A stretch of 64,000 nucleotides of DNA from Oculatellaceae cyanobacterium bins.114. GTDB taxonomy: Bacteria > Cyanobacteriota > Cyanobacteriia > Elainellales > Elainellaceae. Both the position numbers and the translations under genes were made by a program. Under the pieces are notes generated by a model that was not told the DNA's origin, searched no databases, and saw only the letters and a program-made list of their open reading frames with translations. The stretch lies in assembly GCA_033764315.1 (NCBI GenBank), contig JANRJA010000193.1:32001-96000 (forward strand). The letters are read 5' to 3'. This document shows positions 35,711-46,040 of this stretch, piece by piece (within the stretch, counting starts at the first letter, position 1; every line of letters begins with the position of its first letter).

Positions 35711-35874
35711 GAAAGTTGGGAAATAAAGAGCCTATTTCATCCACAGTCTTAAGCCTACGACAACCTGCTGCTAGATGCTTAGAACATCAAGATCAAAAAG
35801 GGGTAATACCAATTTAAATTGGCTTCGCTGCATAGGATAACGATTTAGGAATTTAGGATCGCTCTAGATCAGCA

Positions 35875-35916
35875 AAAAATAAGGATAGGGTTTTCAATTG
35901 AAAGAACCCTATCCTT
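35875..35916 (-). terminator. Intrinsic terminator of the DUF1997 gene
   Basis: 12-bp stem AAGGATAGGGTT/AACCCTATCCTT followed on the minus strand by a T tract. Confidence 0.7.
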
Positions 35917-35975
35917 AAACCTATGGCTACATTAACGAGGACAGCAAACGTTGCAATCTTTAATATTTTGATGTC

Positions 35976-36713
35976 TTACTCTGAGTCAGCGTGGTTTACC
36001 GAATGACGTTGCCACAGCGTTTTTTTACGCTTCTTGGGTAAGGCAAGGTTATGGGTGCCATGAAAGTCGTCTTGAACCTTAGCCGTAAGGCGACGAGAAA
36101 CTTGCCGCACAATTTGATTGAGGAGGCGATCGCCCGTTGTTTGAATCAATGACTTGGGCAACGCATGAATGAATCGGGGAAATTGAATCGCAACTTCTAA
36201 GTTGAGTTCCCACTCAACTCGAGTCATCTTAGCAGAGGAAGCGTCAGCATTCTTGGGGTGCTCCTCGTATTCTGCTTCGACAAGACACATGGAAGCTTGA
36301 AAATCGACTTCATACCCCGGAGGCTGATCGGCCAAGGGAATCGTCTGAATGCGATAAATGCCCTGGTCTTGAGGAAGCAAGTCTAACCCAATTTTAGGTT
36401 CGACATCATAGCCAAAAGAGCCAAATTTACCTACGGTTAGTGCATATCCAGTGTCACCCAATGGCTCAGTTTTCATCGGGTGAGCGCAACGTCTAAACCA
36501 TTCACGGTGAGCATCTAAATAGCTCCCTACTGTCTTGACATCAGCGTACATTTCCATGCAGCTTGTGTAGTAACCATGAAAATAGGTTGGCTCACTGGCA
36601 TGGCGAATGGAATCGTCCATAATTAAATCGCTGCCATCAACTAAACCCGATGCAATCCCCAGTATAGAACTAGAGCCTTCCAGAGATTGATATTCTGCTG
36701 AGTTTGCCTGCAT
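35976..36713 (-). CDS. DUF1997 domain protein
   Basis: YLDAHREWFRRCAHPM, VEPKIGL, TGDRLL..IV pattern. Confidence 0.75.
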   Translation of the reverse strand: MQANSAEYQSLEGSSSILGIASGLVDGSDLIMDDSIRHASEPTYFHGYYTSCMEMYADVKTVGSYLDAHREWFRRCAHPMKTEPLGDTGYALTVGKFGSFGYDVEPKIGLDLLPQDQGIYRIQTIPLADQPPGYEVDFQASMCLVEAEYEEHPKNADASSAKMTRVEWELNLEVAIQFPRFIHALPKSLIQTTGDRLLNQIVRQVSRRLTAKVQDDFHGTHNLALPKKRKKTLWQRHSVNHADSE

Positions 36714-37048
36714 ACCATTACTTCCATCACTAAATGTTGAGGCTGAGTTGGCAACGGGTCGGTCATTTATTATGACAGCCTGTCTGCTATTTCACTCAGC
36801 ATATCCTGCCTTTTTAGAGAGTCACCATGCTCGATCTACGGAAAGGTAGATGGCATTTTTGGGGATCCGAGGCATGATCTGGATTGATCTACTGAGATCA
36901 CCCACAAAGGGGCGTCTTGAATGGATACACTCATTATGGATAGGTTTCCCAATGGCATTGATGAAGTCAGCAAGCTGACGTTATCTTTCAGGTAACTTCA
37001 TCAATTTGTCATATTAAATTATCTAAACACTATTAATAGAGAGCATAC

Positions 37049-37708
37049 ATGAAAGCATTTGTAGCAGGAGCTACCGGCGAGACTGGACGACGGATTGTGC
37101 AAGCGTTAGTGCAACGTAATATTCCAGTGCGGGCGTTAGTTCGAGACTTAAACAAGGCCAAACAGATTTTGCCTGAGGCCGTCGAATTAGTGGTTGGGGA
37201 TGTGCTGAAACCAGAGAGCTTACCAGGGGCGATCACCGACAGCACTGTGATTTTGTCAGCCACGGGAGCCGCACCGAGTTTTGACCCAACAGGGCCTTAT
37301 AAAGTGGACTATGAAGGCACTAAGAACCTGGTGGATGCAGGCAAAACGGTTGGTGTTGAGCAATTTGTCATGGTGTCTTCGTTGTGCGTCTCGAAGTTAC
37401 TACATCCCCTCAATTTGTTTTGGCTCATCTTAGTTTGGAAGAAACAGGGTGAAGACTATTTGAAGCAGAGTGGGTTGAATTACACGATTGTGCGTCCTGG
37501 TGGATTGAAGAATGAAGACTCTACCGATCTGATTGTGATGTCTCAGGCAGATACCTTGTTTGAAGGCAGCATTCCTCGCGTCAAAGTGGCGCAGGTTTGT
37601 GTAGAGGCTCTATTTTCGCCAGAATCTCGCAATAAGGTGGTTGAGATTGTGGCTAAACCAGATGCTCCCTCTAAATCGTTTCAAGAGCTTTTTGCCAGCG
37701 TGAGTTGA
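37049..37708 (+). CDS. Atypical SDR / NAD(P)H-binding protein
   Basis: VAGATGETG Rossmann motif, VDYEGTKNL, YTIVRPGGL. Confidence 0.88.
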   Translation: MKAFVAGATGETGRRIVQALVQRNIPVRALVRDLNKAKQILPEAVELVVGDVLKPESLPGAITDSTVILSATGAAPSFDPTGPYKVDYEGTKNLVDAGKTVGVEQFVMVSSLCVSKLLHPLNLFWLILVWKKQGEDYLKQSGLNYTIVRPGGLKNEDSTDLIVMSQADTLFEGSIPRVKVAQVCVEALFSPESRNKVVEIVAKPDAPSKSFQELFASVS

Positions 37709-37864
37709 TGTTAAAGGAATGGGAGTGGGAAAAGACAGGGGGTAGGTTGAATAGGGGCGATCGCTTGAGTCGAGAGCATACACTATAAAATAACAGTGGC
37801 CATTGTTTGCTGTGCTGCTTGTTTCTTTGTCTCTGTTTGCTTGTCTCTGTTTGCTTATCTCTGA

Positions 37865-38584
37865 ATGTCTTCTGACAGTAACTCTAAACTCAACCCAACT
37901 CAGTCACCCAATCACTCTAAGGGAGGCACCCAACGCAAGCCTGGTGCGTTTGATTGGCTTATTCTTATCAGTGGCATCGTTGCAATTGGCTTAATCGTGA
38001 TGGGAGAGCCATTTCGTTTGGGGTGGGGGCGATCGCGCTATGACCCCTCTTGGGACTACACCCCTGCTCCGTTAATGATGCAAGGCGGTGATCCCTATGT
38101 TCGGGCGTTGATGCGAACCATTTCTGCCAGCGAAGCCAATAGCCCCCAACCCTACTCGTTGCTATATGGGGGTGAACATTTTCAAGATTTGAGCCAACAT
38201 CCCGATCGTTGCATACCCATTGTCACGGGTCCTAATGTGGGAGATTGCACCACCGCCGCAGGACGCTATCAGTTTCTTAGCAGCACCTGGATTGAGAAGG
38301 CTAAACTGTATCACCCTCAACCGGATGGGCTGTTCTTCTGGGAGCACTACAGTTTTCAGCCAGAGTTTCAGGATGAGGTCATGTATGCATGGCTGACAGA
38401 CTTTGATGCATGGGGAGTGGATATAGCAGAACTCTTGCGATCGGGCGAGATCACTGAGGTTCTCTATATTCTGTCGCCTACCTGGACTAGCTTGGGATAT
38501 GGCATCGAACCCAATGACATGACAGAAGCACTCCCTGAGCTTTACGAGCAAATGTTGCAGGAAGAGTTAGCCAATCTGCCGTAA
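37865..38584 (+). CDS. Membrane-anchored lambda-lysozyme-like muramidase / lytic transglycosylase
   Basis: N-terminal TM helix; TISASE, HPD, TTAAGRYQFL, WTSL motifs. Confidence 0.8.
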   Translation: MSSDSNSKLNPTQSPNHSKGGTQRKPGAFDWLILISGIVAIGLIVMGEPFRLGWGRSRYDPSWDYTPAPLMMQGGDPYVRALMRTISASEANSPQPYSLLYGGEHFQDLSQHPDRCIPIVTGPNVGDCTTAAGRYQFLSSTWIEKAKLYHPQPDGLFFWEHYSFQPEFQDEVMYAWLTDFDAWGVDIAELLRSGEITEVLYILSPTWTSLGYGIEPNDMTEALPELYEQMLQEELANLP

Positions 38585-38609
38585 AATTTTTCCCTTTCAA
38601 GCCGCTTTT

Positions 38610-39377
38610 CTAGTGTCGTTCAGCGATTTTGGGAAGAGGCCGAGCTTGTTTGCGATGATGCATTGAGTTAGCTTCTATCCCAACCGTAGCATTGACGATC
38701 TCGACATTAAACCGATATCCCACATTTCGCACTGTTTGAATAATGTTGGGTTGCCTCGGATCAGCTTCAATTTTTTTGCGCAACGAGAGAATGTGGGTGT
38801 CAACGGTGCGATGGTTGTCGATCGCATCAGGCCACGCTTTACGCAGCAACTCTGAACGGGTTAAAGGTAAACCCCCTGCTTGTGCCAAAACGTACAACAA
38901 GCTGAACTCTTGAGGAGTCAACTCGATCAACTCCTCTTTAAGACGAACTCGCCGTTGTACCAAATCAACCTTAAGATCGCCATAGTCTAGCGAAGCAGGT
39001 GCCGTAGTTGCTCTACTGCGCCGGGTCAGAGCCTCGACACGAGCCAAAAACTCCTGCATGCCAAATGGTTTGGTTAAATAATCATCGGCTCCAGCCCGTA
39101 ACCCAGCCACAATATCTGCTTCAGCATTTCGCGCCGACAACATCAAAATCAAAGTCTGTCGCTGTTGTTGTAACCAGCGACAAAAATCGACTCCATCGCC
39201 ATCGGGCAACTCCGAATCAAGAATGACGAGATGGGGTTGGCGCAACTGAAACACATCCCTAGCTTGCTGGAGGTCAGCGGATTGGTGAACCCAGTAACCT
39301 ACTTGCTGCAAGTGCCAGCCAAGCAGCGATCGCAAATGGGGATTTCCTTCAACAATCTGAATGCAAACAGAGCCCAC
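38610..39377 (-). CDS. nrrA: OmpR-family nitrogen-regulated response regulator NrrA
   Basis: N-terminus GSVCIQIVEGNPHLRSLLGWHLQ recalled as NrrA-type; receiver plus winged helix (RTVDTHI..LRKK, TVRNVGYRF); canonical NtcA promoter upstream. GTG start at 39377. Confidence 0.8.
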   Translation of the reverse strand: MGSVCIQIVEGNPHLRSLLGWHLQQVGYWVHQSADLQQARDVFQLRQPHLVILDSELPDGDGVDFCRWLQQQRQTLILMLSARNAEADIVAGLRAGADDYLTKPFGMQEFLARVEALTRRSRATTAPASLDYGDLKVDLVQRRVRLKEELIELTPQEFSLLYVLAQAGGLPLTRSELLRKAWPDAIDNHRTVDTHILSLRKKIEADPRQPNIIQTVRNVGYRFNVEIVNATVGIEANSMHHRKQARPLPKIAERH

Positions 39378-39411
39378 AGGGTTCAAGGTTTCTCTCAGGT
39401 TAGCGAGTCCA

Positions 39412-39453
39412 AGGTTAACAGAGCAGTTGTCAAGGTTTTGTAACCACTGCTAC
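39412..39453 (-). promoter_or_regulatory. NtcA-activated (class II) promoter of nrrA
   Basis: Minus strand GTAGCAGTGGTTAC (GTA-N8-TAC, 39453-39440), exactly 22 nt, then TAACCT (TAN3T, 39417-39412). Confidence 0.88.
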
Positions 39454-39700
39454 TCGATCTCTACGGGGTTGCTCCGTAATGTTGTCTTTCATCTCTACAA
39501 TGCAGTGCTTAATGCTACTCCGACCGGAGGAAGCAACAGCGGTCGTTGGAGTTAGAATTAATGTATGCATAGATATAACAGTGTGAATTTTTTCATGCTA
39601 GTTTTTCAAAAAAGTTCTCTTACACTAGATAAGAGACTGCTTTTGTAAAGTTGAGTTGCAATCCTGTCGCTAACCTTAATCAAATTTAAAACTACCACCT

Positions 39701-39949
39701 ATGCTTGTCGATGCCCAAGTCATCCGTTATTACCAAAAGGTCACTGATGCCCTCAACGAGCAGTGGAATCGAGGCTATCGATTCGATGAACTCCGACTCT
39801 ACCTTGATGGCTACCTTGCTGCCTTACGGCATAGTAATGCTCTTGAGCCTTTTTTAATTCACCGACTTGAGGAGGAGGCTATTCGCTATCTCTACGATCA
39901 ATCTAACTTTGAAACTCCCCAACCTCAATCTGAGCGTGACTACTACTAA
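39701..39949 (+). CDS. Small conserved cyanobacterial protein (DUF6761-like)
   Basis: IRYYQKVTDAL...ELRLYLDGYLAALR...IHRLEEE; divergent from nrrA. Confidence 0.7.
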   Translation: MLVDAQVIRYYQKVTDALNEQWNRGYRFDELRLYLDGYLAALRHSNALEPFLIHRLEEEAIRYLYDQSNFETPQPQSERDYY

Positions 39950-40049
39950 TTTGACTAGCTCTAGGAAAATGGTGGATGAGTTTTGGGCGGCAACTACTAA
40001 ATTTAGACTTGTTAAATAGAGATTACCTCAAAAAAGTTTGATAAAAAAT

Positions 40050-40090
40050 ATCCCCTTCTGAGCGGTGAGTTACCTCAACTAGAAGGGGAT
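40050..40090. terminator. Probable bidirectional terminator hairpin
   Basis: ATCCCCTTCT...AGAAGGGGAT with A tract before and T after, between convergent genes. Confidence 0.6.
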
Positions 40091-40100
40091 TTGCTTTTGG

Positions 40101-40177
40101 TAGTCCTAAACGAGTCAGGATGTGCCGCGCGGAGCGCGGCACATCCAGACTCAAAAATAATTACTTTTAGTGGACTA
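40101..40177. repeat. REP/MITE-like palindromic element
   Basis: TAGTCC...GGACTA ends around GAGTC-AGGATGTGCCGCGC-GGA-GCGCGGCACATCC-AGACTC. Confidence 0.6.
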
Positions 40178-40227
40178 TCTTGCTTTTTAAGTCTCTTCTG
40201 ATGACATAACCCAAGCAGGGACAATTG

Positions 40228-40551
40228 CTAAGAAGCTAAAGCCACCTCTAACATTTGCTGGAGTTCACCTTTTTGGTATAACTCAATCAGAATGTCAGAG
40301 CCACCGACAAACTGACCGTTTACGTATACCTGAGGAATTGTGGGCCAACTTGAGTATTCTTTGATACCTTGGCGAATATCGCCATCAGATAATACATCAA
40401 CCGTTTCGTAGGGAACGCCCAACATGTTGAGAATCTGAACTACATTATTTGAGAAACCACACTGAGGCATCAGTTTGTTTCCCTTCATAAAGACAACAAT
40501 CTTGTTTTGGTTAACGATGGAATCAAGTCGTTCTTGCAATTCTGGGGTCAT
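40228..40551 (-). CDS. grxD: Monothiol glutaredoxin (CGFS type)
   Basis: FMKG..PQCGFS, WPTIPQ, GGSDI. Confidence 0.93.
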   Translation of the reverse strand: MTPELQERLDSIVNQNKIVVFMKGNKLMPQCGFSNNVVQILNMLGVPYETVDVLSDGDIRQGIKEYSSWPTIPQVYVNGQFVGGSDILIELYQKGELQQMLEVALAS

Positions 40552-40595
40552 AGTACTCACTCAAATGGCTGCTACAACTTCATACTACTGGGAAA

Positions 40596-40856
40596 TTAGG
40601 ACGCTTGCTTTTCAACTGCCCAAGCTTGAGGGGTATAGGTTTTTAATGACAAAGCATGAATCGCTTCTGTAGACATTGCCTGCCTCACCGCACCATAAAC
40701 GAGTTGATGTTGTTGCACCAACCCCTTGCCGTCAAACGCAGACGAAACGACAACAACTTGATAATGGTCACCCCCACCCGTCAGATCCTGAATTTGGACT
40801 TGAGCATCTGGAAGGGTAGCTTTAATCATCGACTCAACCTGACTTGGACTAATCAT
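40596..40856 (-). CDS. BolA family protein
   Basis: [30 protein letters not shown]. Start at ATG 40856. Confidence 0.92.
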   Translation of the reverse strand: MISPSQVESMIKATLPDAQVQIQDLTGGGDHYQVVVVSSAFDGKGLVQQHQLVYGAVRQAMSTEAIHALSLKTYTPQAWAVEKQAS

Positions 40857-41038
40857 TCTTTCAACCTCAATAAACACTTGCTCTAGATCTGCAATTTTCG
40901 TTTTGTAGGATGAAGTGGCGGGAAATGCTTGATACTCCCACACCATTTCAATGGGGATGGGTCATCAAATAGCAGTGCTAAAAACGCTTTTAATCAACAA
41001 CGTTTTTGAATGACGGTCCTATCTACCAGTTTAGAGGT

Positions 41039-41644
41039 TTAGTTACTCCGAGTTGGAGCAGGAGCACTAGAGGTTGGCTCATCTTGGCTACGAGGATAAG
41101 GAGAATCAACAAACCCTAACTCAAATAGCTGCCGATAGGCTTGCTGACCTAAATCTCGAGTTGGCTGTTGGCTGCGAATAATCTGAACTAAGAGAGGAAC
41201 TGCCAGTTCAGGTTTGTTTTGAGCGCGGTGTACTAGTGCCAACTGGTAGGTAGCCTGGTCACGATATTGAGCGGCATCAAGAGCCTGGCGACGTTGAGCA
41301 TCAGCAATGCGGTTGTCAATGCCAGAGAAGCTAGCTGCTAGTTCCTGGTAGAAATTGGAGAGTTGATTAAAAACTTGACGGGCTTCTTGCAGCTTACTGA
41401 CGGCTAGGTCATAATTTTGGGCAGCTGCCGCAGTCCCGGCTTCGGTCATTAACCGTTGTCCGCCTCGCATGCTCAAAATGCTGCCGTCTTGAGCGAGAGG
41501 ACGCAAATCATCTAAGTTAGGTTGAGTCCCATCTGGTGCGGATTGTGCCCACGCGGATGTGGCGGGAAGCACAGTAATGGCTGCTGTCACAGGCATAGAC
41601 AGTAAAGAAGCCAAAGCAAGCGAGCGAACGAGTCCAGATACCAT
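41039..41644 (-). CDS. Exported alpha-helical hypothetical protein
   Basis: Signal peptide ending SAWAQ; helical TPR-like body. Start at ATG 41644. Confidence 0.65.
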   Translation of the reverse strand: MVSGLVRSLALASLLSMPVTAAITVLPATSAWAQSAPDGTQPNLDDLRPLAQDGSILSMRGGQRLMTEAGTAAAAQNYDLAVSKLQEARQVFNQLSNFYQELAASFSGIDNRIADAQRRQALDAAQYRDQATYQLALVHRAQNKPELAVPLLVQIIRSQQPTRDLGQQAYRQLFELGFVDSPYPRSQDEPTSSAPAPTRSN

Positions 41645-41950
41645 GAATTCTGCGTGTTGAGAAGTTGAACGACAGGAAACTAATTGTATCGATTGATCTA
41701 AAACCAAAACATAGTTAGTCTTCGGGTATATTATCATCCAACCTTGACTATGTTTTAAGTTCTTTTACAATTGCCAGATGGCTTCAACCGGAAGCTTGAA
41801 ATTGAGGTAGAGAATGATTGAGACTGAACAAATTCTCTTTAAGTTCCCTAGATTGAGCCTTAGCTCAGTCTTAAATAAATCCTGATTTGTAGGGGGCACT
41901 TCGTTCGGTGAGTGTAGGGTGTATTAGAAAATTGGAGATGAGATTTACTA

Positions 41951-44119
41951 ATGACTGGATCTGTCGTTCCACCAAACTCATCTGGAGCGGGTCAAGGCGT
42001 TGCCCCTGAAAACGAAGGGATAATTTTGCAGCGGGGAGGCGAAGAACTTGCCTTAGAAAAAGTGGGCGATCGCTTCACAGTTCGCTTGATCGAAGGTCGA
42101 AATTCTCAGGCTCTGGCGCAACAAGTGGGGGCTCGTGGGGTTCAGCTAATTGAGAGCGTGCAACTGGTTGAATTTCAGGTTGACCCGGCTCGTCTCGATC
42201 AAGGTATGCAATTGGCACGCACTTCCGCAGATGTGGTGTTTGCCAGTCATGTCTATCGGTTGCAAAACAGCCCTAGTACTTTGGTTTATCTGACCGATCA
42301 AGTCACCGTGCAATTTGCGGGACAGGTCAATACAGCTAGTGTAGAGGCGATCGCCAATCCGTTGGGTTTACAGCGGGCACAGCCAGTGATAGGCATTCCT
42401 CAAACCTTTGTCTTTGAGTTGACCGATCGGGCGCGATCGAACCCGATTAAACTGGCAAATCAACTGATGCGTCGCCCTGAAGTGTTGACTGCCGAGCCAA
42501 ATGTGGCTGTTAAAACCCAGTCTCTGTATCGCCCCCGTGATCCGGAATATCCCAAGCAGTGGTATCTGCATCACAGTGGTGGGTCAGAATTAGCTACCAA
42601 TTCTCACATCTCGGTTGAAGCTGCCTGGGATATCACTCGTGGAGTGCGATCGATTATTGTAGCCATCACGGATGATGGCTTTGACCTCAACCACCCTGAC
42701 TTTCAAGGGAAAGACAAAATTGTTGCCCCTAGAGACTTAAAGCAAGGAGGAAACACCCCTTTCCCAGATGATGCAAATGAAAATCATGGGACTGCGTGTG
42801 CTGGGTTGGCGATCGCCGAAGAAAATAATGTGGGTATCGTTGGGGTTGCACCAGGATGCGCCTTTATGCCGATTCGCACAACCGGATTTTTAGACGATGA
42901 GGCGATCGAAGGTATTTTTAATTGGGCGATCCAAAATGGAGCCGCTGTCATCTCCTGTAGCTGGGGTTCCAGTCTCACCTATTACCCGCTTTCATTGCGA
43001 CAGCGGGCCGTAATCACGCGTGCTGCTACGCAAGGGCGCAATGGCAAAGGCTGTGTGGTGGTATTTGCGGCGGGCAACTCTAATCGCCCCGTGAATGGGA
43101 CGGTGAATGAACAGGGCTGGACTAATGATGTGTTGCGCGGGTCAACCTCTTGGCTGAGTGGGTTTGCCGTCCACCCCGATGTGATTGCGGTAGCTGCTTC
43201 GACCAGCCTTAACAAAAAGGCAGCCTATAGCAACTGGGGATCTAATATTTCGATCGCGGCTCCGAGCAACAATGCCCCACCTGGCGTTTATCTGCAAGAT
43301 GTCGGCTACACCCATACTGGACCTCAAATTCGATCAGCGTTACCAGGGAAGGGGGTTTATTCAAGCGATCGCACAGGGGCAGCAGGCTATACCCCCAGCA
43401 ACTTTACGGCTGACTTTGGTGGCACCTCTAGTGCTTGCCCCATCATTGCTGGCGTGGCAGCTCTGGTGTTGTCGATTAACCCCAACCTTACCGCCAAAGA
43501 CGTCAAACAGATTTTGCAAGACAGTGCCGATAAAATTGTTGACCCCGACCCTGACCCTCAACTGGGTTTCCGACGAGGCACCTATGATGCCAATGGCCAC
43601 TCTCAATGGTTTGGCTACGGCAAAGTTAATGCCTTTAAAGCGGTGCAAATGGCTCAGCGTCGCCTCACTCCTCCCACACCCACTCCCAAGCCTCCAACTC
43701 CTACCCCTGTCACCCCGACTCCTACCCCGACTCCTGCCGTTGTCACTCGCCGCATTCAGCAGCAAAACAACAACCCCTTCAACATTCCTGACTTTAACCC
43801 CCAAGGCATCTCTAGCCTGATTTCCATCAATGATGCCAGTCGCATCAAAGACCTTCAAGTTAACGTCGATATCGAACACAGCTTTTTGGGGGATTTAGAA
43901 ATTAGTCTGATTTCCCCTCAAGGAGTCACAGTTCTGTTACAAAGTCGAATTTTGGGTCGGCAGACTCGCCTACAAAAAACTTACTCTCCTCAAACGACGC
44001 CATTTTTAGGACGGTTAATCAACCAACCCGCAGCAGGACGATGGCAATTACAAATCATTGATTTTGCTCAACTCAACACAGGACGACTCAAGAGTTGGCA
44101 GTTGAATATCGGCGTGTAG
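41951..44119 (+). CDS. S8 subtilase with Pro/Thr linker and C-terminal proprotein-convertase P domain
   Basis: Catalytic motifs ITDDG, HGTACAG, AAGN, GTSSACP; PTPTP linker; IEHSFLGDL...GRWQLQI..GRLKSWQL. Confidence 0.92.
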   Translation: MTGSVVPPNSSGAGQGVAPENEGIILQRGGEELALEKVGDRFTVRLIEGRNSQALAQQVGARGVQLIESVQLVEFQVDPARLDQGMQLARTSADVVFASHVYRLQNSPSTLVYLTDQVTVQFAGQVNTASVEAIANPLGLQRAQPVIGIPQTFVFELTDRARSNPIKLANQLMRRPEVLTAEPNVAVKTQSLYRPRDPEYPKQWYLHHSGGSELATNSHISVEAAWDITRGVRSIIVAITDDGFDLNHPDFQGKDKIVAPRDLKQGGNTPFPDDANENHGTACAGLAIAEENNVGIVGVAPGCAFMPIRTTGFLDDEAIEGIFNWAIQNGAAVISCSWGSSLTYYPLSLRQRAVITRAATQGRNGKGCVVVFAAGNSNRPVNGTVNEQGWTNDVLRGSTSWLSGFAVHPDVIAVAASTSLNKKAAYSNWGSNISIAAPSNNAPPGVYLQDVGYTHTGPQIRSALPGKGVYSSDRTGAAGYTPSNFTADFGGTSSACPIIAGVAALVLSINPNLTAKDVKQILQDSADKIVDPDPDPQLGFRRGTYDANGHSQWFGYGKVNAFKAVQMAQRRLTPPTPTPKPPTPTPVTPTPTPTPAVVTRRIQQQNNNPFNIPDFNPQGISSLISINDASRIKDLQVNVDIEHSFLGDLEISLISPQGVTVLLQSRILGRQTRLQKTYSPQTTPFLGRLINQPAAGRWQLQIIDFAQLNTGRLKSWQLNIGV

Positions 44120-44238
44120 GTGAGAAAGAGAAAAGAAAAAAGAAGGCTAAAGAATGAAGGATTAACAAAGCGGAAGAAGCCACTGGCTTAAGGTTCAACC
44201 CTAGTTAGACCAGCTATGGAGCGATCCAGTACTCACGG

Positions 44239-45258
44239 CTACGGGCTAATCGTAATTGACACGATTAAATTGCTGTAGACCGCTTCACCTCCACTAATAG
44301 CAGGCTTAAAGTCCCACCTTTTTACAAGACATTCAGCAAAGGCAGTATATTCCTGGCTTTCACCTGATAGCTCTTGTGGAAATGTTTGTTCAACTTGCCC
44401 TTGATTGTCGATTACCACTTCTATAGACACCGTTTCACCAAAATAGCGAGTCACCTCTGGAGTGATGATGCATTCTGACTGAGCTGGGTCAGAAATGAAT
44501 TCTTGGCTCTGTGTCATCGGTTCTGCAATTTGATCAGGAATGTCTCTGGCTTGACCAATGGGGAGAGGAGATGTCGTTATATTGGCGACGAAGCTGGCAG
44601 GTGCAGGATTTTGGCTGATCGAGACTCCAGGTAAGTCAGAGCCTTCACTGCCCCCTCCAGAGGTGGGTTGACTGTTTCCGGCGTTTCCAGGAGGTTGTGT
44701 TGGAGTCGTCTGTCTAGACGGTGTTGAGTTGTCTTGATTGGCTCCCGGTGAGGAGTCCGGATTAGATGAGTCAGCAGAATTAGATGGGTCAGCAGAGTCA
44801 GAAGATGAGGGGGGTGACGAGGTTTGAGGTGAGTTGTCCTCTGCCGTTCCTCTGCGATCGCCCTCTGTAGAAGGAGATGGCGGAGATTCCGTAGTCGGGT
44901 TGGGCAAGACACTCGCTGAATCAGTGGGGGTGATCGATTCGGTTGGTGCTGTTGATAAAGATGGGTCAGGAGAACCCTGCGTTGCATTAGGGACAACCGT
45001 TGTCGCAGTATCCGGTGACTGAGCTGTACCAGTCACAGAGGCATTTGTTGCAGTTAGATCGACCAACTCAATCGGCACAGGCTCAGAGCCTGATTGAGGA
45101 GCCGCTACTCTCATCATTAGAGGGATTGTAAATGCCAACAGCAAAAGATGGGCACCGACAGACCCAGCGATCGCCGCTGTCCACAGATGAGGAGACTCGA
45201 CATGCCGCCGAGATACGGGCGACTGAGTAGAATCGGTAGCGTTGGGTAGTTGTACCAT
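44239..45258 (-). CDS. TonB-like protein (TM anchor, Ser/Pro-rich linker, TonB_C-like end)
   Basis: SVGAHLLLL anchor, long S/P/T linker, VVIDNQGQV...VKRWDFKPA..GEAV. Confidence 0.65.
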   Translation of the reverse strand: MVQLPNATDSTQSPVSRRHVESPHLWTAAIAGSVGAHLLLLAFTIPLMMRVAAPQSGSEPVPIELVDLTATNASVTGTAQSPDTATTVVPNATQGSPDPSLSTAPTESITPTDSASVLPNPTTESPPSPSTEGDRRGTAEDNSPQTSSPPSSSDSADPSNSADSSNPDSSPGANQDNSTPSRQTTPTQPPGNAGNSQPTSGGGSEGSDLPGVSISQNPAPASFVANITTSPLPIGQARDIPDQIAEPMTQSQEFISDPAQSECIITPEVTRYFGETVSIEVVIDNQGQVEQTFPQELSGESQEYTAFAECLVKRWDFKPAISGGEAVYSNLIVSITISP

Positions 45259-45469
45259 GTCGAAAGCTCACATGCAAATCGGTCTTGTTGAAATAGGGGA
45301 TGCTGAGCCAAAGAATCTCTCAAACCCGTTCCCAACCCGTCAACAACACCCACAGGCATTGCCACAAAAATCCCTGTTTGATCATAACGACTAGAGTGCG
45401 AGGTTCGTCAGCAATGGCGTGCCAGTTCTCAGAGTTCAACATTGCCCTACCTAATAAAGAACACTGAGT

Positions 45470-45537
45470 CAGCAACCCGCAACATTGATCAGGTGCAGAG
45501 CCCCCTGCACCTCGCCCAATCCCCTCTTCAGTTGCTG
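45470..45537. repeat. REP-like element
   Basis: CAGCAAC...GTTGCTG ends with internal hairpin AGGTGCAG-AGCCCC-CTGCACCT. Confidence 0.45.
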
Positions 45538-46040
45538 TCGTGATCTCAACATAGAAACTTTGAGGTGAGCGGTGGAGCAAACTTTGTCCAACCCAGAGAG
45601 AAATAAACCCAGTGAGAACTATCCATGACCTAAAACCTCATTTTGCAGAGTTCGTAACAATATATTTACAAATTTGCAAGTGTTCACTTCTATAAATTCC
45701 CTTAATCAGCGGAGAAATTGTAAACAAATTGATAATTTCTGTTACAAAGCTCACGAACCGTTAACAATCGTCAAAAATATAAACGCTAATTATATAGAAG
45801 CAAAGAAGTTTCAAAGTTTCGCTTATTGAATTCCTGATATATTTTGGTTAATCCATCGGTTGGGGTTCTACACAAAGTTATTCATCGAATTACTGAAGTT
45901 GCCAGATTGATTTTTGCTCCAACCGACGCTGACCTAATTTGAAAGCACGAGTTGCCTTGGGGTTATGCACCCGCTTAGTTTTTGTAAGCGGGAGGGATTT
46001 TTATGTCTCGGATCTCTAATGATTCACAGGAAGGGAAACA

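Noticed and set aside
45650-45750. NtcA-like boxes in the rbcL upstream region
   Set aside because: Only GTA-N10-TAC and ATA-N8-TAC were found; no exact consensus.
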